Shown here: positions 35,901 through 47,976 of the stretch, in pieces
Layout: each line of letters begins with the position of its first letter
Numbering within the stretch: position 1 is the first letter of the stretch
Source of the DNA: Zygnema circumcarinatum SAG 698-1b
Lineage: Eukaryota; Plantae; Zygnematophyceae
Direction: 5' to 3'
Assembly: GCA_037447605.1 (NCBI GenBank)
Contig: CM074809.1
Span: 1,912,689 to 1,976,688, forward strand
DNA: 64,000 nt
The notes under the pieces: generated by a model
Seen by the model: the letters and a program-made list of their open reading frames with translations, nothing else
The model's database searches: none
What the model was told of the DNA's origin: nothing
Program-made: the position numbers and the translations under genes

Positions 35901-37851
35901 AAACCCAACGTTTAAAGAGGTCTAGAACACCTTTCTTTGCAGCAATTTAATCGCTCTGCAATCTGCTTTGCCTGTTCTTTGCTTATTCAGGGCTTCCATC
36001 TATAAGTTATAATATCTCGCTCAAAATCAATTTGCCTCGTTTTATGTCCAGGTCTCATAAAGAGACTTTCAGGAACTCGATCAACTTGCTATTGAGTGCA
36101 ATTTAAATGTCCCACACTTGCAAGTTCATCAGTAGCTTCCATACCAAAAGACTGATATCTTGCTGTAAGCTTCTGGCAATAGCCTCATCATTAAGCAGCA
36201 TGAGATCCTTCCCGGCCGGTTCAGGGCCCAACAAGTCTCCAGGTAAAGGGTCGATACTCATGAGGTCCGGCAAGATTACAGGACGGGGAGGCGGAGCTAC
36301 GGGTACTATTGCTAGTTCTGCACACAGTTAAAAAAAACCGAGAGAAGATATTGATTCTAACACATACGAGGATGGAGCTTACTAGCTTCCTGATAGAGCA
36401 ACGCTTCATAGCCGTATGTGGTGATGGACCACAGGGCATCTACGCAATTAAAGATGGCTGCGACCACCTTTCACTTCAGCTTCATGCGCAGAGAAGTCTG
36501 TATGTAGAACGAGCTATGACAGATTCCTTGGGAAACAAACGGCACCTTACGCAAGGACAACGCAGGGGGAGAGCAAGAATGCAGCAAAGTCTATTCAACG
36601 AATGACAGCCAGGAACAACTGTAAAAAGTATGCAGCGATTTGCAAGCATGGCAACCTATCACCTGAAACCCCATGTCCTAGAAACAGGCTAACAGATGGA
36701 TCCCTAATGCAAACTAAATCGAATAAGTAAATACCTCTTGCTGCCTGCTCTTCAGCTTCCTTCTTACTAATTTCCATGGCTCGCCGTAACGCATGTTCGT
36801 CACGTTCCATTTCTTCCCGAAGCGCCTCCTCCTGGAAAAGAGAAACTTCTGAGAATAGATTTCTGACGCCGAGCACCATGGCCAACTTCACAAAAAACAA
36901 AGGACATGCAGTTGAACAAAACAAACGACATTTGAACCTGATATCAAGCACTGCATCGATAGTGCGAGAGTTTCGAGCCTAACATAGGCCGACTCCAAAT
37001 TTGAGAGTGCGCCATTGGATAGCCATGAGAGCAAACAGCACGCTTGTCAGACTGACCTGTAGGCTCTGCCGAATGGCTTGCTCAATTTGTGCAGACTCAT
37101 CATCTCGTACTTGAAGATCAGTGTCGTGTTGAAGAGTTGGACGATAATCTCCCGGATACTGAGACTCCGGCTGTCATGTGAAGTATAGGCCGCAGGAAAA
37201 TACAAAACACAATGCAAATATGTAATGCATTATGCAGACGAATCAGCTACGAACTGCTTAAGTTAATCAGCAGCCATGTGCAAAATAATTCCCAGTGATC
37301 CCGTTCATTGCGGTACATCAGAATTTCTGCAGCGAAAAGTTGCTGGAGGACGTCCAACTACCAAATTCATTTCTGAAACCTGCAAATCTAGAGTCTGTCT
37401 CTTGAAACAAATATTTTCAGATGCAAGAAAGAGAGTCTGGGTACAGAAAAGGGTGCAGCAGGAAATAGCAATGAAGGTTTGATTTAGCCGTAATAAACTG
37501 AAACTGATAAAAACGGCATTACATCTCTCATAAACACTCCCCGCACTTCACCCTAGTTTTGAAAGGTTAATAAATGAACCGACTCTTGCTGCTGTAGCGC
37601 GGTCAGCTTTAATTTGCACACATTTACAAATAAAAATATCCCCCAGAGCATATGAAAGCGATAGACACAAGTAAAAAGCTGACCTTAGGGAAGATCCAGC
37701 GCAGCCAACCAGGGATGCCGTCGTCTGCTGGCTGCGCATACCGCGGAGGGTGGAAGCCCTCGTCGTCATCGTGCTCGTCCACCGGGATGGGCGCGTGCTG
37801 CGCCGCGGAGTCCTCGCCGTTCACCAGCTTCTTCCACCAGGAGGCCGCCAT
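32925..37851 (-). CDS. DA1: DA1-family ubiquitin-activated peptidase (UIMs, LIM, LIM-like, HEXXH)
   Basis: Start MAASWWKKL (ATG 37851). UIM-like helices IEQAIRQSL and LRRAMEISKKE; LIM CGGCQQPISYGRYLTCLGHSWHPQCFRCKAC; HRQLFHPKCCVC; RGLCLSEEQTI; LTGSILAHELMHAYLKL; VEEGICQVMAH. Stop at 32925. Confidence 0.93.
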
Positions 37852-38185
37852 GGCCTGCCCGTCTACCTGGGCGCGCGCGCGCGCGCGGAGGGAAGTAGAG
37901 AGGGGGGGAGGGCCCTCCCATTCAACGCTCAGCCACTGAGTGAGTGGATCCGGATCCACGCTGGAACCGCCCACACGCGACGCGACCTCGGGAACGTGCG
38001 GTAGATCCCTGGATCAGTTGTTGAACTCTCCTGGTTGGCGCAGAGCCGCCGATTCCGTCGAGGAGCAGCCGTCATAAGGTGTACGGTCTGCCACTAATGA
38101 CGTCATTAACTGATACGTTACGGAATTTACTATTTACACATCTTTTTTGGCTAGATTCGCACCTTTAAGAAAGAAAAACCCTAAA

Positions 38186-38885
38186 GGGGGGCGACTATTT
38201 ACAGTGTACGGATTCTGAATGTAGTGTACGATTTCTCCGGGCAGCAAAAAAATCATTTTTTTGGTTGCCCGGCGCTGTTTCATACTTTTTAGAATAGATA
38301 CAGACCTTTTTTCGTCGGATGTACGGATAGTGATTTGAAATGTACGAAGCGCGCGCGTCTACAAGGTAGAAGGGCGCAACACGTGGAGCGACATGATTGG
38401 TGCGGCAACATATGACGTGACAAGTATGTTTGGGACCGTGACGTGACGAAACGAGACGCGACAAAAGTGGAGTCCGCGGACGGCAGTCGGAAATGGCGGG
38501 AATATAAACTGACAGATTTTTCCTGAAACACGCTACGTTATGTGCCCTATCTTTCTCTGTCAGTTTTAATTCCGGCCATTTCCGACTGCCGTCCGCGGAC
38601 TCCACTTTTTTCGCGTCTCGTTTCGTCACGTCACGGTCCCAAACATACTTGCCACGTCATATGTTGCCGCGACCAATCATGTCGCTCCACGTGTTGCGCC
38701 CTTATACCTTGTAGACGCGCGCGCTTCGTACATTTCAAATCACTATCCGTACATCCGACGAAAAGAGGTCTGTATCTATTCTAAAAAGTATGAAACAGCG
38801 CCGGGCAACCAAAAAAGGATTTTTTTGCTGCCCGGCGAAATCGTACACTACATTCAGAATCCGTACACTGTAAATAGTCGCCCCC
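38186..38885. mobile_element. Palindromic MITE 4, same family as 1320-1840
   Basis: GGGGGGCGACTATTTACAGTGTACGGATTCTGAATG at the left mirrors the right end. The arms (~320 bp) are near-perfect inverted repeats. The internal arm block is nearly identical to MITE 2. CCCTAAA flanks both sides (38179-38185, 38886-38892). Confidence 0.92.
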
Positions 38886-39146
38886 CCCTAAAATCCTAAA
38901 CTAACATCAGACTGGCAATAAAAGTGTGAATCTAGCCAAAAGGGTGTGTAAATTAACCCTAAGTACTGTAATGTACGGTACAGTAGGACCCCGTCATATT
39001 TTCCACCTTCAAAAGTGCGTCCCCAAGAAATTCGCCCCGATTTTGCCGAAACCACCTTTTTGTACGGCAACTTGTGTTAGCCGTACTATTCGTACTATTC
39101 GTACTACAGTGGGGGGTCCTCGTATTTACCACCCCAAGGAGTGCGT

Positions 39147-40207
39147 TGTAGCACAAGATAAGTGGGGTTAAACAAAGACTGCTGAGCTAGCTGCAGGTGC
39201 TGTACGGCCACTCGCGTGTCCGTGCTGAAACTGACGTAGGGTTGGGGTGGTGCTGTGGGTCTGCCTGCAGCATAGAGCCAGGATCCGGGGATCTAGAGGT
39301 ACGCGCAGCGAAGACGTAGGGATTCTCAAGACGCTCCCACCAAGGGCCGGACTTGATGCCAAGAAGAGCTCCTTCTCCTTGGGACCCTCCTCCCCCTGTC
39401 CTCTCCCTCGCTAGTCTCTTAGCTAGGCTTCTAGTGATCATTGGTCATTGAGAGCAATGCAAGGCAGGATAGAGCAAGATAGGGGCTTGGCATGAGAGTG
39501 ACGGCCGAGGAGGGTAGCGAGGACACAACTTAGATAAAGGTGGATTCTGGAGTCTATTGAGCCGAGGCAGTTGGTTGGGAATGTCATTACAATGAAATTG
39601 TCTTCTCACTGAAATCTTTGTCTAACTTGGCTGAATGGGACGTCTAAATGCTATCAGCAAGAAGACTCTTTCTCTCTCTCTCTCTCTCTTATCTATGGCA
39701 TGGAACTCTCTCTCTCTCTCTCTCTCTATCTATGGCATGGAACTCTCTCTCTCTCTCTCTCTCTTACTTAGCATCTGTTGCTGTAACGGAAGAGGAAGGA
39801 AAAGAAGAAAGAAGAACAAGACAACAAACCCACAGAAAATACAAATACTAAGCCCAGCACTAAAAGACAAAAAGCATCTTGGCGTCCGTCTACTTAACAG
39901 CGACCGTAGATCTTGGAGTGCTTGGGTGGCAGTCTCACGTTATTGGCCTTGGCTGAGAGGCGGCCGACTCGTGGAGCCCAGCCGGATAGGTCGATGAATG
40001 ATGTCGGCGGCCTTGGCGGTGTTCCCGTCGCGCTGGCTGGATGGTGTCTTTATTCGGTGGGCATGACGCATGGCGCCCGCCTGCCTGCATTCTCCGTCGG
40101 CTCACGGATTCCATTGTCAGTAGCGGAAGAGGCATATGTAGAGCCACAATTGAGCGGCGCCAAATCCGGAGTCGAGCAACGCCCATTTCAGATTCGCAAT
40201 ACGTACA
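39147..40207 (-). repeat. Putative 3' LTR (~1.06 kb) containing a duplicated (CT)n-ATCTATGGCATGGAA unit
   Basis: The inner boundary TGTACGTA (minus strand) matches the TGTAGCGTA start of the other LTR. No clear polypurine tract was found, so the boundary is tentative. Confidence 0.55.
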
Positions 40208-41899
40208 TATACGTGCAGGGGGAAGCGGCATACGCCCACTGCGGTATAGGAAAAAGACAAGAGCGGAGACCATGATGGCGTGGGCGGGGAGCATTGAGAA
40301 CTGAGTCGGCGGCCGTGCGAGCTTAAAGCATTACGTGGAAATGGGAATGTCGGGGATCGGTGGAGGAGGAGGTAAGACAAATTCGAAATCGGATTACAGC
40401 CCGTGGTACCAATATTGGCGAAGCGGCAAAAGGAGTCGGGAATTAGAAATGGACAATGAGGGAGTCGTCGTGGAAGAGTCACGGAGGAGGCGGCCGGTCA
40501 TGAAGCGGTCGACCATCGGCAGAGGGGAGAGCGTGGCGGCGTGGCGGCTTACGAATGTCGATCGATGTGAAACGCCCGGCCTTGGGAACGTTCCCAGCAG
40601 AGTCGAGGGCCCTCGAGAAATGATGGCCCATCACGGGATCTCAAGCGGACGGCCACAAATAAAGAGGGCCCAGCCACGGAAAGCCCGTTGAGTCGGTTTG
40701 GCGAGATTCCTAGGCAAATGAGGCTGATGTAAGCCTTTTGATTGAAGCGGAAGCGTAGCGTCGAAACCTCCAGAAGTCGGTGAGTTGTCGATACGTCTTG
40801 TTCGTTGAGGTGGTGGGAGCCACCATGGAATCTAGGTTTGAAGCGGAGGGCGGGGAGGCGTGAGCAACCCGATCTAGGGGCTGGCGTCATAAAGTAGAAG
40901 AGGGCTTTCAGCCCAGAGAGAGAGGAGGTCCAAGGGAATCACGGGGAAACTACGGCCATAGGAGCTCATGGGAGAAGGCAGTGGAGGTGAGCGGAGGTGT
41001 TATCGTGAAGACCCGAGGGGAGGGATGACCTCGCGCTGATCCGCCTCGGCTCAGCGCAGCGCCCGGGCGCCGCCAGCCGAGCCGTCTGAATGGCCGATTA
41101 CGCAAGCCCGTGCGAGGAGGAGGGAGGAGGGAGGAGTAGGGGGCTGGAAATTGTGAAGGTGATCGCGGAAGTCACAGCAGGCTTGGCAATGCCCCCTTGT
41201 AATTGATTGCGTTGTCGGAGTGGACAGAGTAGGGTAGAGAGTGGCGGTGAATGATGGCCGTCAGGAGGCGAGCAGAGTGGATGGAATGCTTAGATTCTGT
41301 CGTATGAACTTCTACCCACTTGGTGTATCTGTCCACGGCTAGGAAGACCCGAATGTAGCGGAGGGGTGTGAGCTGGGGATAGAAAAGGTATGCGATATTG
41401 AGTCTTGGCTGACGCCCGCGTACAGGATCTCACCCATCTCGAGTTGGCGGTCGGAGGCCCGAGCGCGCTTGCGTTAGCGTGAGTCTGAGGTTTGATCTTG
41501 GCGGTTCCGCGGCGCCATGGAGGCGGGCCAATAGTAGCGTCCAGCAGCGAGCCACCGTCTTCTTCGGCGAGGTGGAAGCACAGGTTGGGCATCGTGGGCG
41601 GCGTCCGGGATTTCCGAGGCAGCTTCGTTAGGGAATGGGGCGGGAAGGGAAGGAATATAGAGAATCTGTCCGCGTCATCGCGCCAGCCGAGAGGATTCCG
41701 GCCTTGTGAGCAATAGAGCCCTCTCGATATCGCGTGACAAAAGGGGCATGCGATGCGGGTCATAGCGTAGCCTTGAAGGGAGGAAATGCGAATGTGGGCG
41801 TCGTTGGCTGGGAAATGGGGAGGAAGTAAGGGCGTCGCCATAAGTCATCCCATGAGAGGATTTCCCACGGATCCGCATAGGGGTGGCCGTCGTTAATCG

Positions 41900-44800
41900 A
41901 AGTCCTCCAGCTGATGGAGAGGTGAGGTGGCGGTGGGCGGAATATCGATCAGCCCATACGGCGAAGGACATCATCACGGGGCTTGGCGGCGATAAAATCT
42001 CAATGGGAAGATACTTTCGAGGGGTTGAAGGGTGGGTGGAGAGAGGATGGGTTGAGGCGGCGGATGCGTGGCCCGGAGGAGGGCAGAAGGATTCTGCGGC
42101 CGAAGGCGGAGTCAGCGTCGCGTGACTACGGCCGGGGCCGGTGGTGGGTGACCTTAAGCACGTGCCTCCTCGACTTCATCACCCATGCGTGCGAAACTTA
42201 GGTGGTAGAGGCCCAGCCATGATGATAGGCCAGAGTGAGGGGCATGTGGTGGAGTCCGGATGATAGCGGGCTGGTAGGGCGTGAAGAGCTTGAACTTCGA
42301 GGTGCCCGAGGAGGGATGTAGCGGCCTCTCCCTCAGGAATGGGAGAAGCTATACTTGGTCTCAGTTTACGAGCAGGACCACTGCTTACACCAAAAGCTGA
42401 CGGGTGTTCCCGTCTAAAAGAATGCTTGGTGACCCACCGCCCCAAAGCACATGTCGACTCGGTCGGCGTCAATAATGGTGGGAAGGGTGGGGTCAAATTG
42501 ATGCAGGCAAGGAGCCTGAAGGAGGGCACTCTTGAGCGCGTGGAAGGCCAAATCCTGCGCTCGGCTCCATTCGTATTGGACTCCGTGCTTCTCCAAGGCA
42601 TGTAGGGGACGTGCGATAAGGGCATAGCCCTTGATGAACCGGCGATAGAATGAGGTGAGCCCCAAGAAAGACTTGAGCTGAGTGAGGGTCTGTGGAATGA
42701 AGCATAAGGCGGTCGCTTGATCTTATCGGTGGTGGTTTTGAGGGCCATTGATGCGGTGCTTGCAGGATGAGTGATCTCTGGTGGCTATTTTGCACTTCTT
42801 GGGTGCAATCTTGACCCAGCGCCTTGATGGTACATTTGCGAGGACTTAGTCAGTATTTGCGAGGTGGGAGGACCAGGTCCTTTAAGCGTGGATCGGCGTC
42901 ATCCCGTATAAGGCGCTCGCGAGAGGCCGCGGCGAGGGCGAACACCTGGTTGGCGGGCAATTGAGTCGGCGGAATTCTTGAGCGAATGGAAGCTTGTCCC
43001 TTTGCACAAGCGTGGCAATGCTTGAAGCCATCTTCGGCGGTAGGCACACCCATGAGGGGATCTGCGGAAAGGATTCTGCATGTCAAGTCGCAGAACCACG
43101 GTCATCGGGGGAGGCAGCGGTGGAGGGCTCGGGTCCGCATCCGTGTGTGTAGGGATCCCGCCGTTGTGCATTAGGTTTTAGGTAGTCCCCACGGAAGCGA
43201 GGTGTGCCATCCGGCTTTGGGGGCAGAACGGCCGGGCTGGCCCACGGCCCTTCTCCAGGTTCCATCAATCCGGCAGCCACGTTCTCGTCGATCTGTCGTT
43301 CGACATCAGCCTGCTGCGCGGCGGAAAAGCGGTAGGGAGTCAGGGTCATCACGGGAGGCGCATCCCCCGTATCGATGTGGTGCTCAATCAAGTGAGTCTT
43401 GCCGATGTCGAGTGAATGTCGTGCGAAACTAGGTGATTTAGCGGCACTTAGTAGTTGAGAATGTGTCCGGATGCGAGAGGAATTTGCGGTACTGTCATCT
43501 GCCCTCTATTTCCCGACCACGCCTGCATCGCAGGTGGTCTCATGTATGGGGAAGCTGGGTGCAAGAATATCCTTTGGCGGCAGCAGTCTTAAAATTAGGC
43601 CCGAGGCGGACTCGGAGGCGGAGGGCTCACCGTCATCGATGCTCCCGGAATTGGCGATCCCATGGAAGAATGAGGGAGGCTGGCAGGCCGAATGGTACAT
43701 AGGTGATCTCACGAATTGGAGACCTCTTGGCGAGTAAGTGGCGTAGGGGAGAGGCCCGAGGAGGTGGTAAGGGACTCGAGGATGATGGGAAGAGGCGGTC
43801 ACATCCTTGTGAATAAGATGCGATTGACATGTAGCAAGAGTCGATTTGTGCTCTAGCCGATGAGCCAATCGAGGCAGCGAGGATAGAATAGTGTTGGCGG
43901 CGTGATGACGCATTCACGTGGCTCCCATCTGCGCCAAATGACGCAGAAGCATTTGCCCAACCCCTTCATATAGCTCCCTTCAACCCCCACATATGGGGAA
44001 TGGGCTCCAAGTGTGCTTGTCCAGCAACCTGCGGCCTTCATCACGGGCTTGGAGGCAGGCTGTGCGCATGGCTCTGTGTCGATCATAAGCTTCTTTGGGA
44101 TGACCGTTGAGCCATACATTAGCCGATGATTATGCGTTGGGTGTGGGGATGGAAGGGAGGAATCACGAATCGCGAGGAGGATGGGCGGGGAGAGCGGCTG
44201 GGTCCGGGAGGCGTCGCCGCGGGTGGATGTCGGTGGCGAGGGCGTCAGGAGGGAGGAGTGCCTGGGCAGTGGGAGGCGCGGGGTGGCCTGCACGCTGTCG
44301 GCTAGCTTTGAACTACAGCACGGTACAAAGAGCGCATCAAGCGTGACAAGGTATCTGCGTCTTAGCCTTGTCTCCCATGAGTTGATGAACCATGCGTTCA
44401 ATCAGGGATAGGCCGTCTGTCGGGGGGGGTGGTCGACGATCGGCTGCTTGGGGGTAGAAACGGGCTGCCCGTGGGCGGTGTGGAGGGTTGACGTGCATCT
44501 CTTCGGTCGCCGGTGGCGTCGGCTCTGGTTGCGCCGGCGGCGGCTCCTCTTCATTGGGATCTTCAATTTCCTCCTCGGTGAGGATCCCAGGGATGACCCG
44601 TGGAGGGAAGGGATATTTGAAAGGATTCTGCTTGAGACGAGGGGTGGCGGTGGAGCCGTGCAGGAACTGGCGCGGCATTGGCGAGGGGAATGGCGGGGAT
44701 GTGAATCACGGATCACTTTGGTTGACAGGGAGTACTGCGCAAGGCAGTTGCAATCTCGGCGATCCGGGCTTGAGCATCCGCTTCAGAAGTGATGGGGGAT

Positions 44801-45708
44801 TCGGACAAGGCCGGTTGAAATCTTGGCGGCAACTTTCGATCGCGTGTCAGGCGAGGCAGACTCGGCCTATCACGTTTGAAAAGCGGGGAGGGGAGTCCAT
44901 GGGAGTGCGGATGGATAGGTGGTCGTTGCAGGATGGTGTAAGCGGGTGAAGGAGGTGGAGGCGGGCGAAAGGGAGCCGGAGCTCTCGGTGGTGTGGGAGC
45001 AGCCGGGAGCATATCCATGAAGGTGATCTCTGCAGGTGAGCTCCCTTCAGCTGCCTCTTTCCCCTTTCGGGCCTTCTCACTTGAGAGTCTCCGCATGCAC
45101 ACACGGGCGTCATGTCCCGTGATCTGGCAGAATGTGCAGGTCCATGGTCCACAACGCAGCCGTGGATTATGATTCAGGCCGGAGGCAAGACAGACGCCCT
45201 CCGGAACCCCTGCCTCTGTCATCCGACGGCGCAGATCGACCCTGGCAGCTTCTCTCTCTTCGGGTGTGCGATCGGAATAAGGAGCCCGATATCCTGGACG
45301 AGAAACATCTGGTATGTGAGGATTCACCGCCGGCTCAATGGGATGTGCCGGATCATGAGGGTATGGGGAAGGGGGAAGGGGCTTGGTTGTCCTGGCTATG
45401 GCCAGAGGCTGCACCACAGGGGCTGCCCGCACGTCCTGAGCAGTGGAGCCGGAGAAGGAAGGCTTGTTCCGAGTAGATGTAGCGTAGGGATCGAACAACT
45501 GTTGATTCTGTGTCTTCAGGAACTGCTGGTAGAGTCGATCTTGTCGTGGATCTGTAGCGTTCATATAATGTGGTCTTACATGTCGGTTGCCTCTCTCTTG
45601 ATCCTTCTGAATTCGCTCTGCCCTGTCTAACAATGCCTGGGCATCTGCTGGTGGGTTATCGCGCAGCTCACGATCCAGATGGAGATCCTTCTCGCTGATG
45701 GCCTTACG
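41900..45708 (-). pseudogene. Frameshifted gag-pol remnant
   Basis: Gag knuckle CTFCQITGHDARVC; protease-like VWLNG..MIDT (~44100); RT HHIDTGDAPPV..PYR..VERQIDE..GPWASPAVL..KPDGTPRF..DY; connection/RNase H FLGLTSFYRRFIKGYALIARPL..FDPTLPTIIDAD; integrase-like RYHPDS. Confidence 0.8.
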
Positions 45709-45718
45709 NNNNNNNNNN
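45709..45718. other. Assembly gap (10 N)
   Basis: Run of n characters. It falls where most of the 5' LTR, the PBS and the gag start would lie. Confidence 1.
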
Positions 45719-47976
45719 GCCTTCGGATAGGTCAATGAATGATAATCGGCGGCCTTAGGCGGTGTTCCCGAGTGCGCCTTGCTGGATGGTGTGCTGTTCC
45801 GTGGGCCGCCAACACATGGCGCCGCCTTCTTGCATTCTCCGTCGGCAGCTCCTGGATTCCGCTGATCCGTGACACGGAAGAGGCATATGTCAAGTACAAT
45901 TGAACTGACGCAAATCCGTCGAACGCAGCTCCGTTACGCTACAGCGTCCTCAATATTTTCGCCCCAATTTTGCCGAAACCACTTTTTTGTACGGTAACTT
46001 GTGTTAGCCGTACTGTTCGTACTGTTCGTAGTGTCCGTACTGCCCGTACTGTCTGTACTAGCCGTTACGGGCTTACGCAAAACGCACCTAATCTCCCCGC
46101 TCGTGCCGACGTAAGAGGCGCTCGCTCTTCTCCCCGTCTTCTTGACTTCGATACGATACGATACGATACGATACGGTCAATACTATACGAAACTCCCCGA
46201 TGGTTGGATGACGACAGTATGTACGACAGTATATGCGTCACGATATGTCACGATACGATACGATGCTAAATGATACAATACGGTACGGTACGATATGATA
46301 CGATGCGATACGTACGGTTCAACATGAACTCTAACATAATACCGCCCGTCTATTCGTAACACGAACCTTATATATGCAAATTTAATATTTTCGCCTCATT
46401 TTGCCCGGAACCAGGGTGGAAAATATGAGGACCCCCTACTGTACCCGTACTACCCGTACTACCCGTACTAGCTGTACTAGCCGTCACGGGCTTACGCAAA
46501 ACTCACCTATTCTCCCCGCACGTGCCGCCGTAAGAGGCGCTCGCTCTTCTCGCCTTCTTCTTGGTTTCGATACGATACGATACGCTCCGATACGGTACTA
46601 TCCGTACTAGCCGTACGAGCTGTAGTAGCCGTTACGGGCTCGAAGCTTTTTGGTTTGCTGCCTCAGTAAACGCTAAGGCGTGCTTCATGTACTGTATGCG
46701 GTTTACCACGATACGATACGGTACGATAAGATGCGATATGACAGTAAAATACACGATACGATACGATATGTACGGACATACATGAACTCTAACATACAGT
46801 AATTCCGCTCGCCTATTGGTAACACGGACCTTATATTTGCCAAATACAATATTTTCGCCCGATTTTTGCCAAATGTAGGTGGAAAATATGACGGGGTCCT
46901 ACTGTATGCCGTCATCATGCATCAACCGATAGTGTACTGTACAAATGTACGAGATGACGTCACCAACCGATACTGTACGATGGTTCAGAAATTAGGGTTT
47001 CGCTGCAGCGATTTGAACAACCGGCGTCGTTTAGGGTTAGAGGTGGCGGAGGGAGGGTGAAGGCGCAGCCATGGCAAGAGGGGCAGAGGGCGACTGGGAC
47101 GGTTGATTCTCCCTCGCGGCACAGCCTGTTGCGGCGAAGTCTCTCTCGTGGCGGCACATTCGGTAGAGAATGATAGAATGAAAGAAACGATGAAACCAAA
47201 AAAGAGACGGCCAAACGGATGGGCGGCTTGGAGGGCAACCAGCTTCGGTTAAAGAGCTCGTATTCATGACACGAGTGCATTTCCAAACGAAAATAGAATA
47301 AGAAACCAAGGCTTGGTCTACTGAGCCTAGTCTTATCTTGGTAAGCATTTACTTAAAGTCATATGTAAAGAACCGTATTTCAGAAAAAAACATGGATAAT
47401 TTGTGGGTCTTGGTGTAGAAGGGGACAGCGGCCAGGCTGTCCCAACTACAGTACATTAAAATAAATTCTCACGAGAAAAAAGCTTGAAATGGACAATAGA
47501 GCCAAAAAAGGGCTCCTTTGATTTGAGAAAATTGATCACAATCGCCATGCAAGCGCTTTCGACTGGGGTGGTCAGTTTCTAGAGGAGTGCAACAGTGATC
47601 TGAAACGTACGCATATGATGCATTCATCATATGCGCATGATTCATGCGCTTAGCGTCGAGGCTATGCGTTTATGCATAATGCCATTGCCATTCTTTTTGG
47701 TATGAGTATCGCTTTGTTTTGAACAAGCGCTACAAACCACACCTCCCTGCAAGCAGAAAACGACTGTAAACAAGGCGCCACGTAGCAAGCGGCGAGGGAT
47801 GCTCAGGCAGAACAGCCAAGGCGCTCTCCATGTGCGAGGCAGGATAGGAGGGAGGAGCAGAGAGGAGGGGGAAGGAGAGGAGAGAGAATGGGCGATATCA
47901 GAGTGGAACCAACGTTCGGAGGACTCCTCCATTAACTCGATTTCTCTGCTTTACATTTTGCAGGCATCAGAAGGAG

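Larger units (their letters stand above)
39147..45943 (-). mobile_element. Degenerate Ty3/gypsy LTR retrotransposon nested in MITE B
   Basis: Termini TGTAGC...GCTACA with a GCGT duplication (39143-39146, 45944-45947). 45720-45943 aligns loosely to ~39980-40207. The minus strand has gag, PR, RT, RH and INT remnants in gypsy order. Confidence 0.85.
39107..46441. mobile_element. Related pogo-like MITE B nested in A (own length ~530 bp)
   Basis: TIRs CAGTGGGGGGTCCTCGTATTTACCACCC / CAGTAGGGGGTCCTCATATTTTCCACCC (25/28), TA TSD. Removing B rejoins A into a sequence colinear with the interior of B. Confidence 0.85.
38981..46904. mobile_element. Tc1/mariner (pogo-like) MITE A, interrupted by nested insertions (own length ~590 bp)
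   Basis: A perfect 28-bp TIR CAGTAGGACCCCGTCATATTTTCCACCT sits at both ends with TA on both flanks. Internal (GATAC)n and GTACTA repeats. Confidence 0.9.

Noticed and set aside
42960-43030. HCHAC motif suggesting an integrase zinc finger misplaced inside RT
   Set aside because: Adjacent frames show LDM..F, PFxLKN and xDD remnants at normal RT spacing, so the motif is an off-frame coincidence.
47610-47635. 11-bp perfect hairpin CGCATATGATG / CATCATATGCG
   Set aside because: Short and low-complexity, with nothing else supporting an RNA gene.
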